In this document: positions 44,594 through 63,557 of the stretch, in pieces | How positions within the stretch are numbered: position 1 is the first letter of the stretch | Layout of the letters: the number at the start of each line of letters is the position of its first letter | The notes under the pieces: generated by a model | Seen by the model: only the letters and a program-made list of their open reading frames with translations | What the model was told of the DNA's origin: nothing | Databases searched by the model: none | DNA from: Octopus vulgaris | Taxonomy: Eukaryota | Length of the DNA stretch: 64,000 nt | NCBI GenBank assembly: GCA_951406725.2 | Contig: OX597840.1 | Location: forward strand, 2,728,001 to 2,792,000 | Reading direction: 5' to 3' | Made by a program: the position numbers and the translations under genes

Positions 44594-44838
44594 ATGCGTG
44601 TGGGGGTTGAGTGTGTCTTTGTATGGTTTTGTGTGTGTCTGTGCTTACAAATATCATGAGATATATACATGTGTGTAAATATCATTATTGTTCTCAGTTT
44701 TGTAAGCATTTACTTCAATACATAGCTTGATATCACTCAAATGTCCATCACAATTAGTTCCTCTTATATATCACTGCATACTTTATCCTACTGGATTCTT
44801 TCATTCCTTTTTTATCCTATTTCTGATTTCTTTTGTTA

Positions 44839-44976
<138 letters not shown>

Positions 44977-45149
44977 CTGTATTATTATTATTATCATTAT
45001 CATTTCATGTTTATCGGGTCGCGGCTCTAATCGATTTATACAAAAAAAAAAAGAGAGAAAAGAAACAAAAACCATATTTCCGGCACGACGACGAGACCCT
45101 TATACATATCATTATACTATACACATATAGAGCTATGTTTGTGTGAGTG

Positions 45150-45217
<68 letters not shown>

Positions 45218-45220
45218 CAC

Positions 45221-45260
<40 letters not shown>

Positions 45261-45739
45261 ACACATGCACACGCACATAGAAACGCTCACATTCACATAT
45301 GTATATATATATATATATATATGTTTACATATATGTGTATGTATATGGGTGTGTATGTGTGTGTGGCTGTGTGTGGGCTTCTGTGTGTATACGTACACGT
45401 CACTGTCATCGAGTATAGAATTACAGAAGCAGATGAGGGAATTAACTATGGATATCATAGCTAATGCGTGGCAAATCTAGCGTTGGCATATTATTTAATT
45501 ATCATGGTAGCTTCTCCTGTACGGAATTACTGCGTATGAATATTAGAAATGTCAACATATGCTCTGTTGAACAGCTTGACAATGCTGACGGCTTCTTGCA
45601 ATACGAGGAAGACACTTGTTTGCGACTCGGCGCGTGTTGCTCTCTTGTCTTGTTAATGTGTGTGTGTGTCTGTGTATGTGTGTGTGTGTGTGTTGATATA
45701 TTTATACTTATGTAGATATTTATACTTATGTAGATATAT

Positions 45740-45794
<55 letters not shown>

Positions 45795-46150
45795 ATATAT
45801 ATATATATATATAATATACATATACATAGACATATAACATATAATAATTATATATATATACATATATACATATATGCATGGATTCATATATAGATGCATA
45901 CATATATGCATATATATATATATATATATATATACCTGTGTTTTTATATATCTATGTATGTACATTCATATATGTACATGCGTACATATGTAAATATTAG
46001 TATACAAATATATATATATATAATGACATTTATATATGCTTTATATACATATATATGTATGTATATATATAATATACATATACATATGATATAAAATAAT
46101 TATATATTTATACATATATACATATATGCATGGATGCATCCATACATATA

Positions 46151-46185
<35 letters not shown>

Positions 46186-46491
46186 GTATTTGTATATGTC
46201 TATGTATGTACATTCATATATGTACATACGTACATATGTAAATATTTGTATACAAATATATATATATATATATATATGTACTTGTGTGTGTGTGCATATG
46301 TATATACAAAAAGAAATGGAGTTGAGAGAAAAGGAGAAGTGCTATTCATTCGATGATAAATGCGATAGAGCGATTAACGCTAACCGTTCGACACCCGAAG
46401 CTCCGAGGTGAATAATCTATAACACAAATAGCAGCACCACCCCTCCCAGACATTTCAAGAAAATATACCATGTAAAAGCGTATATGCAAAC

Positions 46492-46583
<92 letters not shown>

Positions 46584-46748
46584 GTGTACATATATATATA
46601 TACATATATATATCGGGAGAAAGAGAGGAGGGCACCACGCATATATATTGATATATTTATAGATTTATATATATATATATATATTTATTTATTTATTTAT
46701 ATGTGTGTATATTCATGCATACATATACACACATACTCACACACACAC

Positions 46749-46796
<48 letters not shown>

Positions 46797-47043
46797 ATAT
46801 ATATATATATATATATACTGGTTATATACCTATATACACTATGCGGTTATAGTTTAGCATAACGGTGGAAATATATATATATACACCACGCACATACACA
46901 CACCATGCACACACATACGCACACATACATATAACTACAATTTACGATACAATAACGCAGATAGATAGATAGATAGATACATACATACATACATACATAC
47001 AGACAGACAGACATACAGACAGACAGACATACATACATAGAGC

Positions 47044-47104
<61 letters not shown>

Positions 47105-47106
<2 letters not shown>

Positions 47107-47537
47107 GTTTCTTTATTGGCCACACAGGGCTGCACACAGATAGGACAAGTTACAAAGTAGAGCTTTTCTTTTGAGGGATGAAAAAAAAACAAAAAAAAAC
47201 AAAAAAAAAGAAACAAAGAAAAAGGTGGCGTAGGTTTTCGATCAAAAGGGATCGTAAAAGGGAAAAAGAAGAACAAAAAATAAAAATTTAAAAAAAAAAT
47301 TTTTTTTTAAGTAATAAAATGAATAAAAAAAACAGAAGAATAGGAAAAGGAACAAAAGAAAAGAGAAATGAAAAAAGAAGAAAAAAGGGGGAAAGAGGGG
47401 CAGAGGAAAAAAAAACGACCAATAGGGATCGTATATCACAGTGTTATGATATATGGTGTAAAGGGGAAAGCAAGTAAGGTTTATCCATGGGAAGAAAAGC
47501 CTACGAAAAAGACCACGGTAACCTTGGTCAATATTGT

Positions 47538-47538
<1 letters not shown>
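47105..47538 (-). mobile_element. 3'UTR fragment of a non-LTR element (probably Tx1-like) inserted in (AGAT)n
   Basis: The minus strand ends GCAGCCCTGTGTGGCCAATAAAGAAACTT after a T-rich UTR, with (AGAT)n on both sides. A second copy is at 63851-64000. Confidence 0.7.
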
Positions 47539-47631
<93 letters not shown>

Positions 47632-48277
47632 TACCGACACATGTATCGACAGATGACATGCGACACAGACTGATATATAGAGCGAGTGAGAGAGAGAAAC
47701 CAGCGGACAGAAATGTCCCACTGACGAATACCGATGGTTATATTACTGCCCATAGATCAGTCGGTGTGTGATATATTTTTGCAATGTGTTTCGGCCAAAA
47801 CGTCGGAAATTGAGATATAAATCAGAAACGAGGAGACAGAACTGATAATAAATTTTCAAAATGAGTTCAGGACCTTTTTCTCCCTTGCTCGTATACAGTA
47901 TTAGCGCCAATGTAATTATCTATATTAACATGAATAATGCGATATATCTCATGTAATATTCACAGGAGTTTAGTGGAGTGTATTTTTTATGAGACTTTTA
48001 TGGGATTTTAATAGTGTAATATTAGTAGCACGTAAATGCTTCGTCTTTAATACAGAATAATATAGAAATATATATGTAAACATATAGCGACGTGGTGCAG
48101 GTCTGGGGTTGTACGCCTATGTGGAAATATATGCCCTGTATGTATAAATATAAATATATATATGGGTAGATTGATAGAGAGATAGATTAATTTATTGGTA
48201 GAGAGATAGATATTTGTATCTCTAGAGTCAGATAGATATATAGATAGAATAGATAGAAGAGAAGAGAATAGAATAGA

Positions 48278-48359
<82 letters not shown>

Positions 48360-48585
48360 TAATAGATAGATATATAGATAGCTACATAGATAGATGTATA
48401 TATATATATTATGTATATATGTGTGTGTGTGTATAAATATATATTGTAGGTGTGTATACATATGAATGATGGATTATATAAAGATAGATCAATAGATCGG
48501 TAGACAAAAAGTCAAACAGATAAAGAAGCAGATAGATAGATAGACAGAGAGAGAGAGAGAGATAGTTATATAGATAGATAGATAA

Positions 48586-48668
<83 letters not shown>

Positions 48669-48817
48669 CGTATGCTTGAATATGCAGTTGTATGTAGTTT
48701 AATGTGTATGTTCAGTTGCGTTTGTACAATGTATATACACATACAGACATATATATAAATACATACGTACTTGCAATAATTACAAACTTACACACACACG
48801 AATACATCTACATACGA

Positions 48818-48848
<31 letters not shown>

Positions 48849-49838
48849 TACAAACACACACACACACATACATATACCACACAAAATATGTGCTGCCCTC
48901 TTTACGTACAATTATGATATCATAATCTTGATTTAAATCATATTATTTCTATTTTATTTAATATTGTTATCATATTGAGATATTATTGTTATTTATTAAT
49001 ATTTTAGTATTATCAAATTACCTAGGCAAAGAGCCTCGCGTTAATTATTTCATTTTAGATATCGCGGAGAAGATTGGGGGTGAAGCCATGCCCTTTGCTG
49101 TAAGGGGGCTATGCTGGGTTGTGTGTGGCCATGGCCCTGAATGACCTTGTGAGGTTCTTCCATAATGTCTATGAACGATAGCGATTAACATGTATTGATA
49201 AATAGATAACGCTATATTGGTGTAATATGCAGAACGAATTAAGAAGAGTGCTTTGTGTTAAAAGGAAGACAGGGCCACGTAAACGGGTTTCGGGGCAGTG
49301 CACGTATATGTGTGTGTGTGTGTGTGTGTGTGGTTGTTTGTGTGTGTGTGTATATGTGTGTGACACTCGCAGGCGTTATTGGTAATTGCAAAGAGGAGGC
49401 GGAGGAGGAGGATGGGAGGAGAAATAGGGGGAGAAAGAGGAATAGGAGGAGCCAGAGTGGGGAGGAGGAGGATAGTAATGATGATGATTGTAAGGAGAAA
49501 GGGGTAGAAGGGGAAGATGAAGAAGTGGAGGAAGAAGGGGAGGCAGAAGAGGAGGTAGAAGAGGAGGGAGAGGTGGAAGCAAAAAAGTTGCTGGTTAGAC
49601 AAGGTGGTGGTGGTGCTGGTGTTGGAGGAAGAGGAGTAGGTAGTGTTAGACGAGAGGGTGGTGGAGGTGGTGGTGGACAAGGTGGTGGTTGTGTAGGCGA
49701 TGCTGGAGGAGTTGGTGGGGGAAATGAATGCTGGATAAGGAGTGATGGTGGAGAAGGTGGTGGAGAAAGTGTGTACTGTTTAGCTTGTGAAGATGGTGAG
49801 GATTATGATGACGACGGCGATGACGACGATACTGAGGT

Positions 49839-49869
<31 letters not shown>

Positions 49870-50141
49870 AATTGTGGTGGTGGTGGTGGTGGTGGTTTTT
49901 GGTGGTGGTTGTATCGTTAGTGCACCGGACTAAAATACTTCGCGGCATTTCTTCCGGCTTCACGTTCTACGTTCAAATTCTGCCGAGGGTGATTTCGCCA
50001 TTCATCATATCGCAGTCGATAAAGTAAGGACCAGTTGCGTAATTTTGAACCTGTGGAAGACACGCTAGATGCCGAAATAGTGTTCAACCAATTTCACATG
50101 ATATGGCACTCTTCTATTTATTTGTGTATTATTATTATCAA

Positions 50142-50216
<75 letters not shown>

Positions 50217-50281
50217 CATCATCATCATTATTATTATCATTATTATTATTATTATCATTATTATTATCATTATTATTATCA

Positions 50282-50336
<55 letters not shown>

Positions 50337-50371
50337 CATTATTAAATGGCCACCTCTCAGAACATTTTAGT

Positions 50372-51365
50372 ATTGAACACATGATTCATCAAGGATGTCT
50401 CTTCTCCCCGCTTATATATCTTAGCTGTAGACCTTGCTGCAAAGGCTGCAGAATTTGAGGGGTATCCGGCTGGAACTAGACCACAGAAGAGCTGCGTGTT
50501 CGGACGACGTCACTGTTATGGTGTCGGACTCTTCGGACACAGAAACAATCAACACTATATGAAAGAATATCAGATATGCACAGGAGCAGTCATAAACTAG
50601 GACAAATCAGTAGGACTACAACTAGGCTCTTGGAGGGGCAAGTCCATGTGAACTAGCGGCGATTTCTATCGCTGGACGGAGGGTCAGCTGAAAGTGTTCG
50701 GAATCTCGTTCGGACTAGGTAGATAAATGGGAACTGGTGAGAGGTGATGGGTAGGGTGGCCAGGCTCACCAATAAATGGGTAGAAAGGTAGCTATCTCTG
50801 AGAGGCCAGATGGAAGTAGCGAATGCATAAATCGCCTCGGAGGTGTACACCCGCCTTAGCGTCGTACCTTATCCCAAGTACCATCTAACCGGATTGGAAC
50901 GCTTACTTTTCCGATTCATATGGAAAGGTCAAGTTCCACTGGTCAGAAAATGCCTGCTCTCTGAATATCCACACGGTCTTGATGAGACGGCGCCACGCTT
51001 TGAGGTTGTTGCACCTACAGAAATATCTAAATCACTGAGAATGTGTGAATGATGGCGAAGGAAATAAGGGTGAACTGGTGTTGACATCCTTCGTGCGACA
51101 CGTGCTTTCGCAGCTCACCTTACTCGCAGAGCTGCAGTTATTGGTCAAACGTAGGCCAATCCTGGTCGTGGGGCAACTAGAATGTTGCCAAATGTTCATT
51201 GCCTTATACCAGCTGCACAAAACCATTAGCGAGTAAACAACTCCAGATATTGATAGGTGGGCAGTGTAGGGTAAGAGGGATGATCGTCTACGATTGATCC
51301 TAGGCATCGATAAGAAGAAGAGAGTGTGTAGTCTCTTCGAGAACGCCTTTGGGTCGGAGATCATG
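50372..51365 (+). pseudogene. L1/Tx1-group ORF2 reverse transcriptase remnant
   Basis: HQGCLLSPLIY (QGCPLSP motif), CSDDVTVMVS (YADD motif), IN*DKSVGLQLGSWRGK and LERLLFRFIWKGQVPLVR. Confidence 0.8.
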
Positions 51366-52374
51366 GAAATTCGTATATAACAACGAAATTAAAAAATTTG
51401 CCACCGATGTCAACCACCAAGAGAAATTCATTATCAACATCTAGATCTTCATATCACATTTGCTTGGAGTTCGTTACTGTCAAGCGTGCTAAATACAAAT
51501 TGAAGAGAAAATGACTAACAGTGCAGAGTTGGACACTACTCATAAGCCGCGGGACCAGAATGGTACATACGAATACGCACGAATGAGCGTAGGTGAAATT
51601 TTCCTCCAATTTTTTGGGTCAGCTGTTCCTAGAACCTCAAGCACCCCCACCATAGCATCCCATCAGAAGCAATCGCCATTACACTAGAGTAAGGATATTA
51701 TCCAACCATCCCGTTCCTGGTCTATCTCTAGGACTTCTGCTAGTTGGCTCAGCTTCAAGAATCAGTCATGCAGTTCTTTCCTGCGACATTTTAATCACAT
51801 GCCGGTAGCACAGGGGATGGAATACAAAAATCTATATAGAAGACTAACTGACAATGAAACAATGGGAGAGTGCATACGGTATTAAAGAGCGACGTTAACG
51901 TCTCTCACACTAATGAAGTCGTGATAATGCGCAAACTCAATGTTATCAACTGGAAGCTGAATGCCAAAGGAGATTGTATATCAAGACATAAATGATGCTG
52001 ACTAATAGAGACTGCACCAACTCGAACACGAACTGACCTGCCAAACTGTAACTGTTTGAGTAGCGGTACACTTGACAAAAAGTGGAAGACTCGTATCTCC
52101 AAATATTAATATATCATATCACTACTGAATGTAGTACTTAGTAACAGCCACCCACAAACGCCTTCACACATTATTTATCATACTACTCACCTCCTTCCAA
52201 ACATCACTCTTCTTTTAAAGGAATTATAAGCCTCTTACCCACCATATGTTTCATATCACATAGTTGCAAGAAATATGTTTGTTATGAGAGCTGGTTCCGG
52301 CTTTCAATCTGTTCAATACAATTATTTCTCGCCGTGGATTTTGCCAGATTCTCATAAGACTTATCATCTCCATA

Positions 52375-52764
52375 CTCTCTTTTACTCTCGTTATTTTACG
52401 TGTTTCAGTCATTTTGACTGTGGCCATGTTGGAGCACCGCCTTTAGTCGAACGAAATCAACCCTAGGATTTATTCTTTGTATTCTATCGGTCTCTTTTTG
52501 CCGAACCGCTAAGTTACGTGGAAGTAAACACACCAGCATCGGTTGTCAAGCGATGTTGAGGGGTGGGACAAACACACACACACACATATACATATATATG
52601 ACGGGTTTTTTTTCAGTTTCCGTCAACCAAATCCACTCACAAGGCTTTGGTCGGCCCGAGGCTATAGTAGAAGACACTTGCCCAAGGTTCCACGCAGTGG
52701 GACTGAACCCGGAACCATGTGGTTGGTAAGCAAGCTACTTACCACACAGCTACTCCTACGCCTA
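52375..52764 (-). mobile_element. SINE family B, full length
   Basis: Matches 33821-34252; provides the empty-site sequence for the 30494 insertion. Confidence 0.9.
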
Positions 52765-53632
52765 CTCTATGAATTTTATTTGTTCCCTACGATTATTTCG
52801 AGACACCATCGAGCGTTTCCGTGCCATTTACCAATGTTTTGTACATAGAGAAACTTTTTCAATTTCTGCCTTTGTCATTGATTTTTTTTCTCTTCAAAAA
52901 CCTTTCCCCCAATTTGTTAACTTTGCTTTAAGAGTTTCTTCCATGTTAAACCATTTTAGAATCATACCATTGCACCTACAGCCATCACACACTCCTCTTT
53001 TCTCTCGCCTTTCCATTTGCCTCACCAAAATTTTCTCTTTCTTCACACATTCGACAGCAGTCTTCATTTTACCTACGCTTTCTTATCCCGAACTTCATGA
53101 TTAAACATGCGCAACAACATCCCGCCAAAAAACACCTAAGCTCCACGAGGCTCCGGCGGTGGAGGTGAACCTGGCTGTACTCTTTCACCACAACTTTCTT
53201 TCACTCTTTCTTCCTACTTCTGCCATAAAGCAGAGGAACCATGGTGTAACCCACTATGGTGTGGTAAACTTTCAGACCCTAGTCTAGATTGCGAATCCTC
53301 TGTACCCCAAGATGGTTCAGCTCTCCACCCGTTAAAAGCCACCGTTTACGGAATGAGGATAACAACGTAGCTTTCGCGCCCGTGCAACCGCCAGTCTATC
53401 GCGTGTCGTGGGTGGATCTTAGTAGCTTAGAGTGGGCTCGAATTAGAGATTATTCAATACCGGTTTCAATCATTGCGACTTTTTCAAACGTAAGTATGGA
53501 AAATAATTAAATTTTGGAAGAATTAAAGGAAAATTTTTTAAAGAATATTCGTATAGTGTTCAAATGCAAGGGTCATTTTCCTTGCTTCTGCCTGTCTCTG
53601 TCTCTCTTGTTTACTCTTGTAGGTTCGAGGTC

Positions 53633-54083
53633 AAGAAGAAGAAGAAGAAGAAGAAGAAGAAAGAAGAAGAAGAAGAAGAAGAAGAAGAAGAAGAAGAAAG
53701 AAGAAGAAGAATGAAGAAGAATGAAGAGGAGGCGGAGGTGGAGTAGAAGAAGAAGAAGGAGGAGGAGGAGGAGGAGGAGAAGGAGGAGGAGAAGGAGGAG
53801 GAGAAGAAGAAGAAGAAGAAGTAGAAGGAATAGAAGAAGAAGAAGGAATAGAAGAAGAAGAAGGAGGAGTAGAAGAAGAAGAAGAAGGAGGAGGAGGAGG
53901 AGGAGGAGGAGAAGAAGGAGTAGAAGAAGAATAAAAAAAGAAGTAGAAGAAAAAGAAGAAGAAGAAGAAGAAGAAGAAAGAAGAAACAAGAAGAAGAAAC
54001 AAGAAGAAGAAGAAAGAAGAAGAAGAAGAAGGAGAAGAAGAAGAAGAAGAAGAAGAAGAAGAAGAAGGAGAAGGAGAAGAAGA
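53633..54083. repeat. (AAG)n/(AGG)n microsatellite
   Basis: Seen directly. Confidence 0.96.
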
Positions 54084-54484
54084 ATGACATCTCTCCCAAA
54101 CACGCTAAGCTACACTGCTAAGCGACGGTACTACACTATCGCGTATATATAAATACCTTCACCCACATACTCATATAAACCATATACACACATACCATTA
54201 TTTCTTTTGCCCACCTCCACACAGTTAAAGACCGCTTAAATCTGCACGTATGTATCTATTCTTATTCCCTTCAAAATTTGTCCACAGTACACATTTGTCA
54301 TCAAAGACGTCATCTGCTTTTTCACGTTTTCTCTCACAGACCATTCATGTTTCTCAACACATTTGAGCATTTCACTTCCTTCCGAAGAAGGACTGTCACC
54401 CGAAATATTCAGATGCGTTCTTTGCTGAATTATAAACCTTAAGTTAATACAGCACTTGATAAAAACCATTGTCTTTGCAGAGAG

Positions 54485-59240
<4,756 letters not shown>

Positions 59241-59815
59241 GCATGAACGTTACTGATTTATGCTTCCATAGCGCTCAATGACAGAAATTATCATTTCTTG
59301 GTTAACTCGATAATTCATAACACATAATTAGATTCTCAGAAGATCTGGCACCTTCGTTCGTCACTTACGTGAGCTAAGACAGATAGACATGTCTCCTAAA
59401 ATAGATCTGTTTAATGTCTGTCCAATACCTTTTAGCGCTGCTCTATTAACCTCTAGCTATATATTATCATTACTACTAAAGAGTGGAGAAGACTTCACAC
59501 TCGGCTCTCAATACGCTAGATATAACAGCTAATAATTTTCTGCAAATCGCACCCTGTTATCTATTTATTTTTTTGAATCACAGACTCGCTGGAGCACTTC
59601 CTTTGAAGAGTTTAATCGAACAAATCGCCCCCGGATATTATTTTTTTAAAGTTTGTATTTCATCTTTTTAGTCTGTGTTTCCGAACTGTTAATTTCAGGG
59701 ACGTCAATAAACCATCATAGGATCTCAACTGATGAAGTAATGGGAGACTTCCATATACATATATATATATACATACATAGATGCATACACACATAGAAAC
59801 ATACACACAATTCTT

Positions 59816-59852
<37 letters not shown>

Positions 59853-60077
59853 TTCAATATGTGACTGCGTGTGTATCGTTGGCGCATTTTTTTTCAGCCG
59901 TCTTCCCTTCTTTGGACCTTTTCTTTTTCTATGTTTCTGTCGAAGAACTCCGCTAGAACCGTTAAATACTCCTTCTTTCTTTCCTTTCCTGAGCGTCCAA
60001 TAACACTATACTTTTTCTACGTCCTCGCCTTGTAGTGCTTTCTCTTCGTTCATGTTTGGATTAAGTATGTATGTATA

Positions 60078-60112
<35 letters not shown>

Positions 60113-60127
60113 GTATATATATGTACA

Positions 60128-60243
60128 CTTTATTAAAAACAGAGCACCAATATCACAAAAACTGATTTTCACTGACCAACGAACGAAAACTTGAAACTCA
60201 GAGTAACAGTTTTTGTGATTTTTGTGCCGCTTTTTAATTAAGC
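60128..60243 (+). repeat. Inverted repeat containing a degenerate hammerhead-like motif (60171-60210)
   Basis: ATCACAAAAACTG pairs with CAGTTTTTGTGAT. The motif reads ACTGa CcaACGA acgaaaactt GAAA CTC a GAG TA aCAGT. Confidence 0.5.
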
Positions 60244-60316
60244 ATATTACTCTACTTCTTGTATTCGAGTACTATTTTTGTTCACCTTGTTTCGCATTTA
60301 TGTGCTTACTCTGATG

Positions 60317-60367
<51 letters not shown>

Positions 60368-60369
60368 TC

Positions 60370-60401
<32 letters not shown>

Positions 60402-60462
60402 ATGTGTGTGTATTACGGAGTTGTACTTGCATAGGAAGTGACTTGATCTGAGATCGTGTGCT

Positions 60463-60749
60463 GAAACAAAAACAATAGCAGCGTAGAATGTGTTTATAAG
60501 CTATTTAAAAAAAGAAAACGCAAAAACCCGTAGATTCAGATTTAATTTGTCAAGGTCGTCGCTTTGAAACCGTTAGCTGTTCACAGACGAAATGCCGATG
60601 CAGCACGGAATTTTGCGAGTGAAAAGGTCATGGATTCAAAGCGACGAAAATATTTTGACAAATGAAATTTAAATCTTGAAGAGAATCTAACGGTTTTTGT
60701 GTATGTTTTAAGCGGCTTATACATAACTTCCACGGTGCAATTGTTTTGA
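60463..60749. repeat. Long imperfect inverted repeat (fold-back, MITE-like or inverted pLTR)
   Basis: AAAACAAT.GCA...TAGATTC...ATTTGTCAA..TCGTCGCTTTGAA pairs with TTCAAAGCGACGA...TTGACAAAT...GAATCTA...TGCAATTGTTTT. Confidence 0.7.
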
Positions 60750-60752
60750 TAT

Positions 60753-60822
<70 letters not shown>

Positions 60823-60971
60823 TATGTGTGTGTGTTTGTGTGTGCGTGTGTGTGTGTGTGTGCGTCTCTGTGTGTGTGTGTGTGTGTTTGTGTGCGTGTG
60901 TATTTATAATAGTGCCTATCGCCACTCAAACGTAGTTGTTCTCTTTAAAACGATGATAGCGCTGTTCATAT

Positions 60972-61005
<34 letters not shown>

Positions 61006-61129
61006 ATAAGTTCAGCAAAAATTTAGATTCAAATGAATATGGTACTTAATTTAGATGCACCAGAATTCTGTATGGTATTATCCGTAAAAATCCGTGGGGT
61101 GATTATAATCAAAATATGACTCCGGTAAT

Positions 61130-61215
61130 TTGGTACGATCGTTTCGTACTACATCTTTTTATTGAATGTTGTAAGTATTACAACAGTTTTAAAATGCTGA
61201 GCACTCATCAGCCAA
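61130..61215 (-). ncRNA. Type I hammerhead ribozyme motif with long stem II, intact core
   Basis: The minus strand reads TTGG CTGATGA GTGCT...(internal hairpin TGTTGTAA tac TTACAACA)...AGTAC GAAA CGATCG TA CCAA. Stem III is palindromic, with a GUA site. Confidence 0.82.
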
Positions 61216-61751
61216 TTATAGAGGTTTTCCAATAATACCAAAATGTTCATATCAAGTGGCAACTTTTTAGAGAAGGTAGATATATAGAGAAAAATGTGGA
61301 TTTAAATTTTAAGAACATTTGGGGTTAATGGAGCCCATCAACCGACTGACTAAGATTCGGTTGTTCTGCAACGTTAATTCTTCCCTTCCCTTCTTATCCT
61401 GAGCGTCTTTTAATACAGTACTTCTTGTACCACGTGCTCGCATTATTTTGTCTTGTTCTTGTTTGGTCTTCTTTGTTCGGCTTCATAATATGTATATCAC
61501 CGTCACCGTCACCATGACCGACCAGGCTATCAGATATTGCTACACATCGCTGGTCACAATACGCTTCGCATTGTTTTACCCTTCAAATGACGCCACACCG
61601 CTGGCTAAGCCAATATATATATATATATTCAACAATATAAGGAATGGCCCTAATAGGCCATTGGACTCACTAGAAAGAGCAGCCAAACTCAAACCGCTAA
61701 ATAGTTGTAATTCTGAAATTGAAAGAGATATGAAAACATTTACCCTTTTCA

Positions 61752-61850
61752 TCTCTGGACTATGCATAGTTTCGACAAACTTATGTAAACAAATTAATTA
61801 AATTAAATTAAATTTATTTACAACTGGCGTATTTACAACGTCAGCAGAGA
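61752..61850 (-). ncRNA. Degenerate hammerhead motif with long stem II
   Basis: The minus strand reads TCTCTG CTGACGt ... GAAA CTATGCATAG TC CAGAGA: 6-bp stem I, palindromic stem III and a GUC site. A9 and the base of stem II are damaged. Confidence 0.6.
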
Positions 61851-62018
61851 AGCCGAGGACGAGTATATGTCTACGAGGCGACGGTAAAGAAGCCTCCAGT
61901 CTATATGTTCTAAATTTTAAAAATCCACCGCCACCGTGCGGTCTTCTCAGCAGCAAATATAAACTGCTGATTTAATTTCAAAATTAGCCAAAAAATCATT
62001 AATTAATAAATATATTTA

Positions 62019-62104
<86 letters not shown>

Positions 62105-62560
62105 GTTGAAATTTACGGAAAAACAAAAGACGAAGACAGGTGTATCAAGCAACAAGCAGGTGTATTAATTTGGTAAATATATATAAAGGAACTTGGCTTT
62201 GTGATTAGGGAATGCGGCTCACGATCGGAAATCCTCAAGTTCGTTCCCTTCTACCCGTTGCGTCCCATGGCAAAACACTATTTCACGTTGCTGTAGGCCA
62301 ACCGTTTAATATTCTATGTCACCTAAAATCTTCCTGAGAAGCACGTTAAGGGAACACGTGCCTGTGGTGTGCTCAGCCACTTGCACGTTAATTTGACAAG
62401 CAGGGTCTTCCGTCGATCGGATCGACTGAAACACTCGTCGTGGTAACCGACAGAATGACATTGTTGCATGAACATATGTAATTATGTATGTGTATATAGG
62501 TGTATGTGTGTGTATGTATGTGTGTACGTATGTTTGTATGTTTGTATGTATGTATGTATG

Positions 62561-62591
<31 letters not shown>

Positions 62592-62595
62592 GTAT

Positions 62596-63085
62596 GTTTC
62601 GGCGACTAAACCGGCAACCCCACCAAGCTTGCTTGGTGAGGAGGGTGTTTATTGGACACCCTGCGGGATGAAAAACAAAACCCGTCAACGGGCGGCGGAA
62701 CTCTTGAGAGTCAACGACCATCCAATAAATGTCTTAAGGATGTATCATGCGCGGGGACATAGAAATAATCGGACTGAATACCCGATCGCGCGGTTAAACC
62801 TTTGGGAGTGAAGGACTCCTAGCCTTTGTTAGGGCATCCTTCTAGGAGAAGGTAACTCAGGTAACTGGGATAAGTCTGACATAAAAACCTGCGGCTCAGT
62901 TGTTACCGATGATGTTGAATTGTTCTTCTTTTCGGATTATGGCTGCTGTTGCTTAGTGAGTGGGATTGACTCAGTGCACAGCCTTTCCTCACTTTAAAAA
63001 GATCTTCTTGCACAGGCATTGCACAATAGCAACATTGATTAAGCTTCTTGCAATGGTCATACTCGATTACGAGGGAGCAGCCACC
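62596..63085 (+). mobile_element. Structured ~490-bp insertion resembling an RTE-type 5'UTR, flanked by (TATG)n
   Basis: GGGCATCCTTCTAGGAGAAGGTAACTC resembles an RTE 5'UTR motif. It contains several hairpins and no credible ORF. Confidence 0.45.
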
Positions 63086-63114
63086 ATGTATGTATGTATG
63101 TATATTTTTTTCTT

Positions 63115-63425
63115 TTTCTTGTTTACTTGTTTCAGTCATTTGACTGCGGCCATGCTGGAGCACCGCCTTTAGTCGAGCAAATCGACCCAGGGACTTATTC
63201 TTTGTAAGCCCAGTACTTATTCTATCGGTCTCTTTTTGCCGAACCGCTAGGTGACGGGGACGTAAACACACCAGCATCGGTTGTCAAGCAATGCTAGGAG
63301 GACAAACACACACACATACATATATATATATACATATATACGACAGGCTTCTTTCAGTTTCCGTCTACCAAATCCACTCACAAGGCATTGGTCGGCCCGG
63401 GGCTTTAGCAGAAGATACTTGCCCA
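63115..63425 (-). mobile_element. SINE family B, head truncated
   Basis: Near-identical to 30107-30440. Confidence 0.88.
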
Positions 63426-63471
63426 TATATGTATGTATGTATGTAAATACCAGCTAGTTGATAATGTGTTA

Positions 63472-63557
63472 ATTCACTGCAGCTGTTTGCAACGAATTTT
63501 TAATTGATTAGAGGAGATATTTCCTCAGTAGGAAAAAAACAGTTTCATCAAGTGAAT
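63472..63557 (-). ncRNA. Decayed hammerhead-like motif
   Basis: The minus strand reads ATTCAC tTGATGA AAC...GTT GcAAA CAGCTG cA GTGAAT: 6-bp stem I and palindromic stem III, but three core deviations. Confidence 0.45.

Noticed and set aside
49255-49920. 221-aa Glu/Gly/Asp-rich ORF
   Set aside because: It is low-complexity GAG/GGT/GAT sequence with no domain and a non-ATG start.
51400-52110. Possible decayed GIY-YIG/PLE or other coding remnant (also 15240-15800)
   Set aside because: Only faint resemblance in manual translation; it needs a translated homology search.
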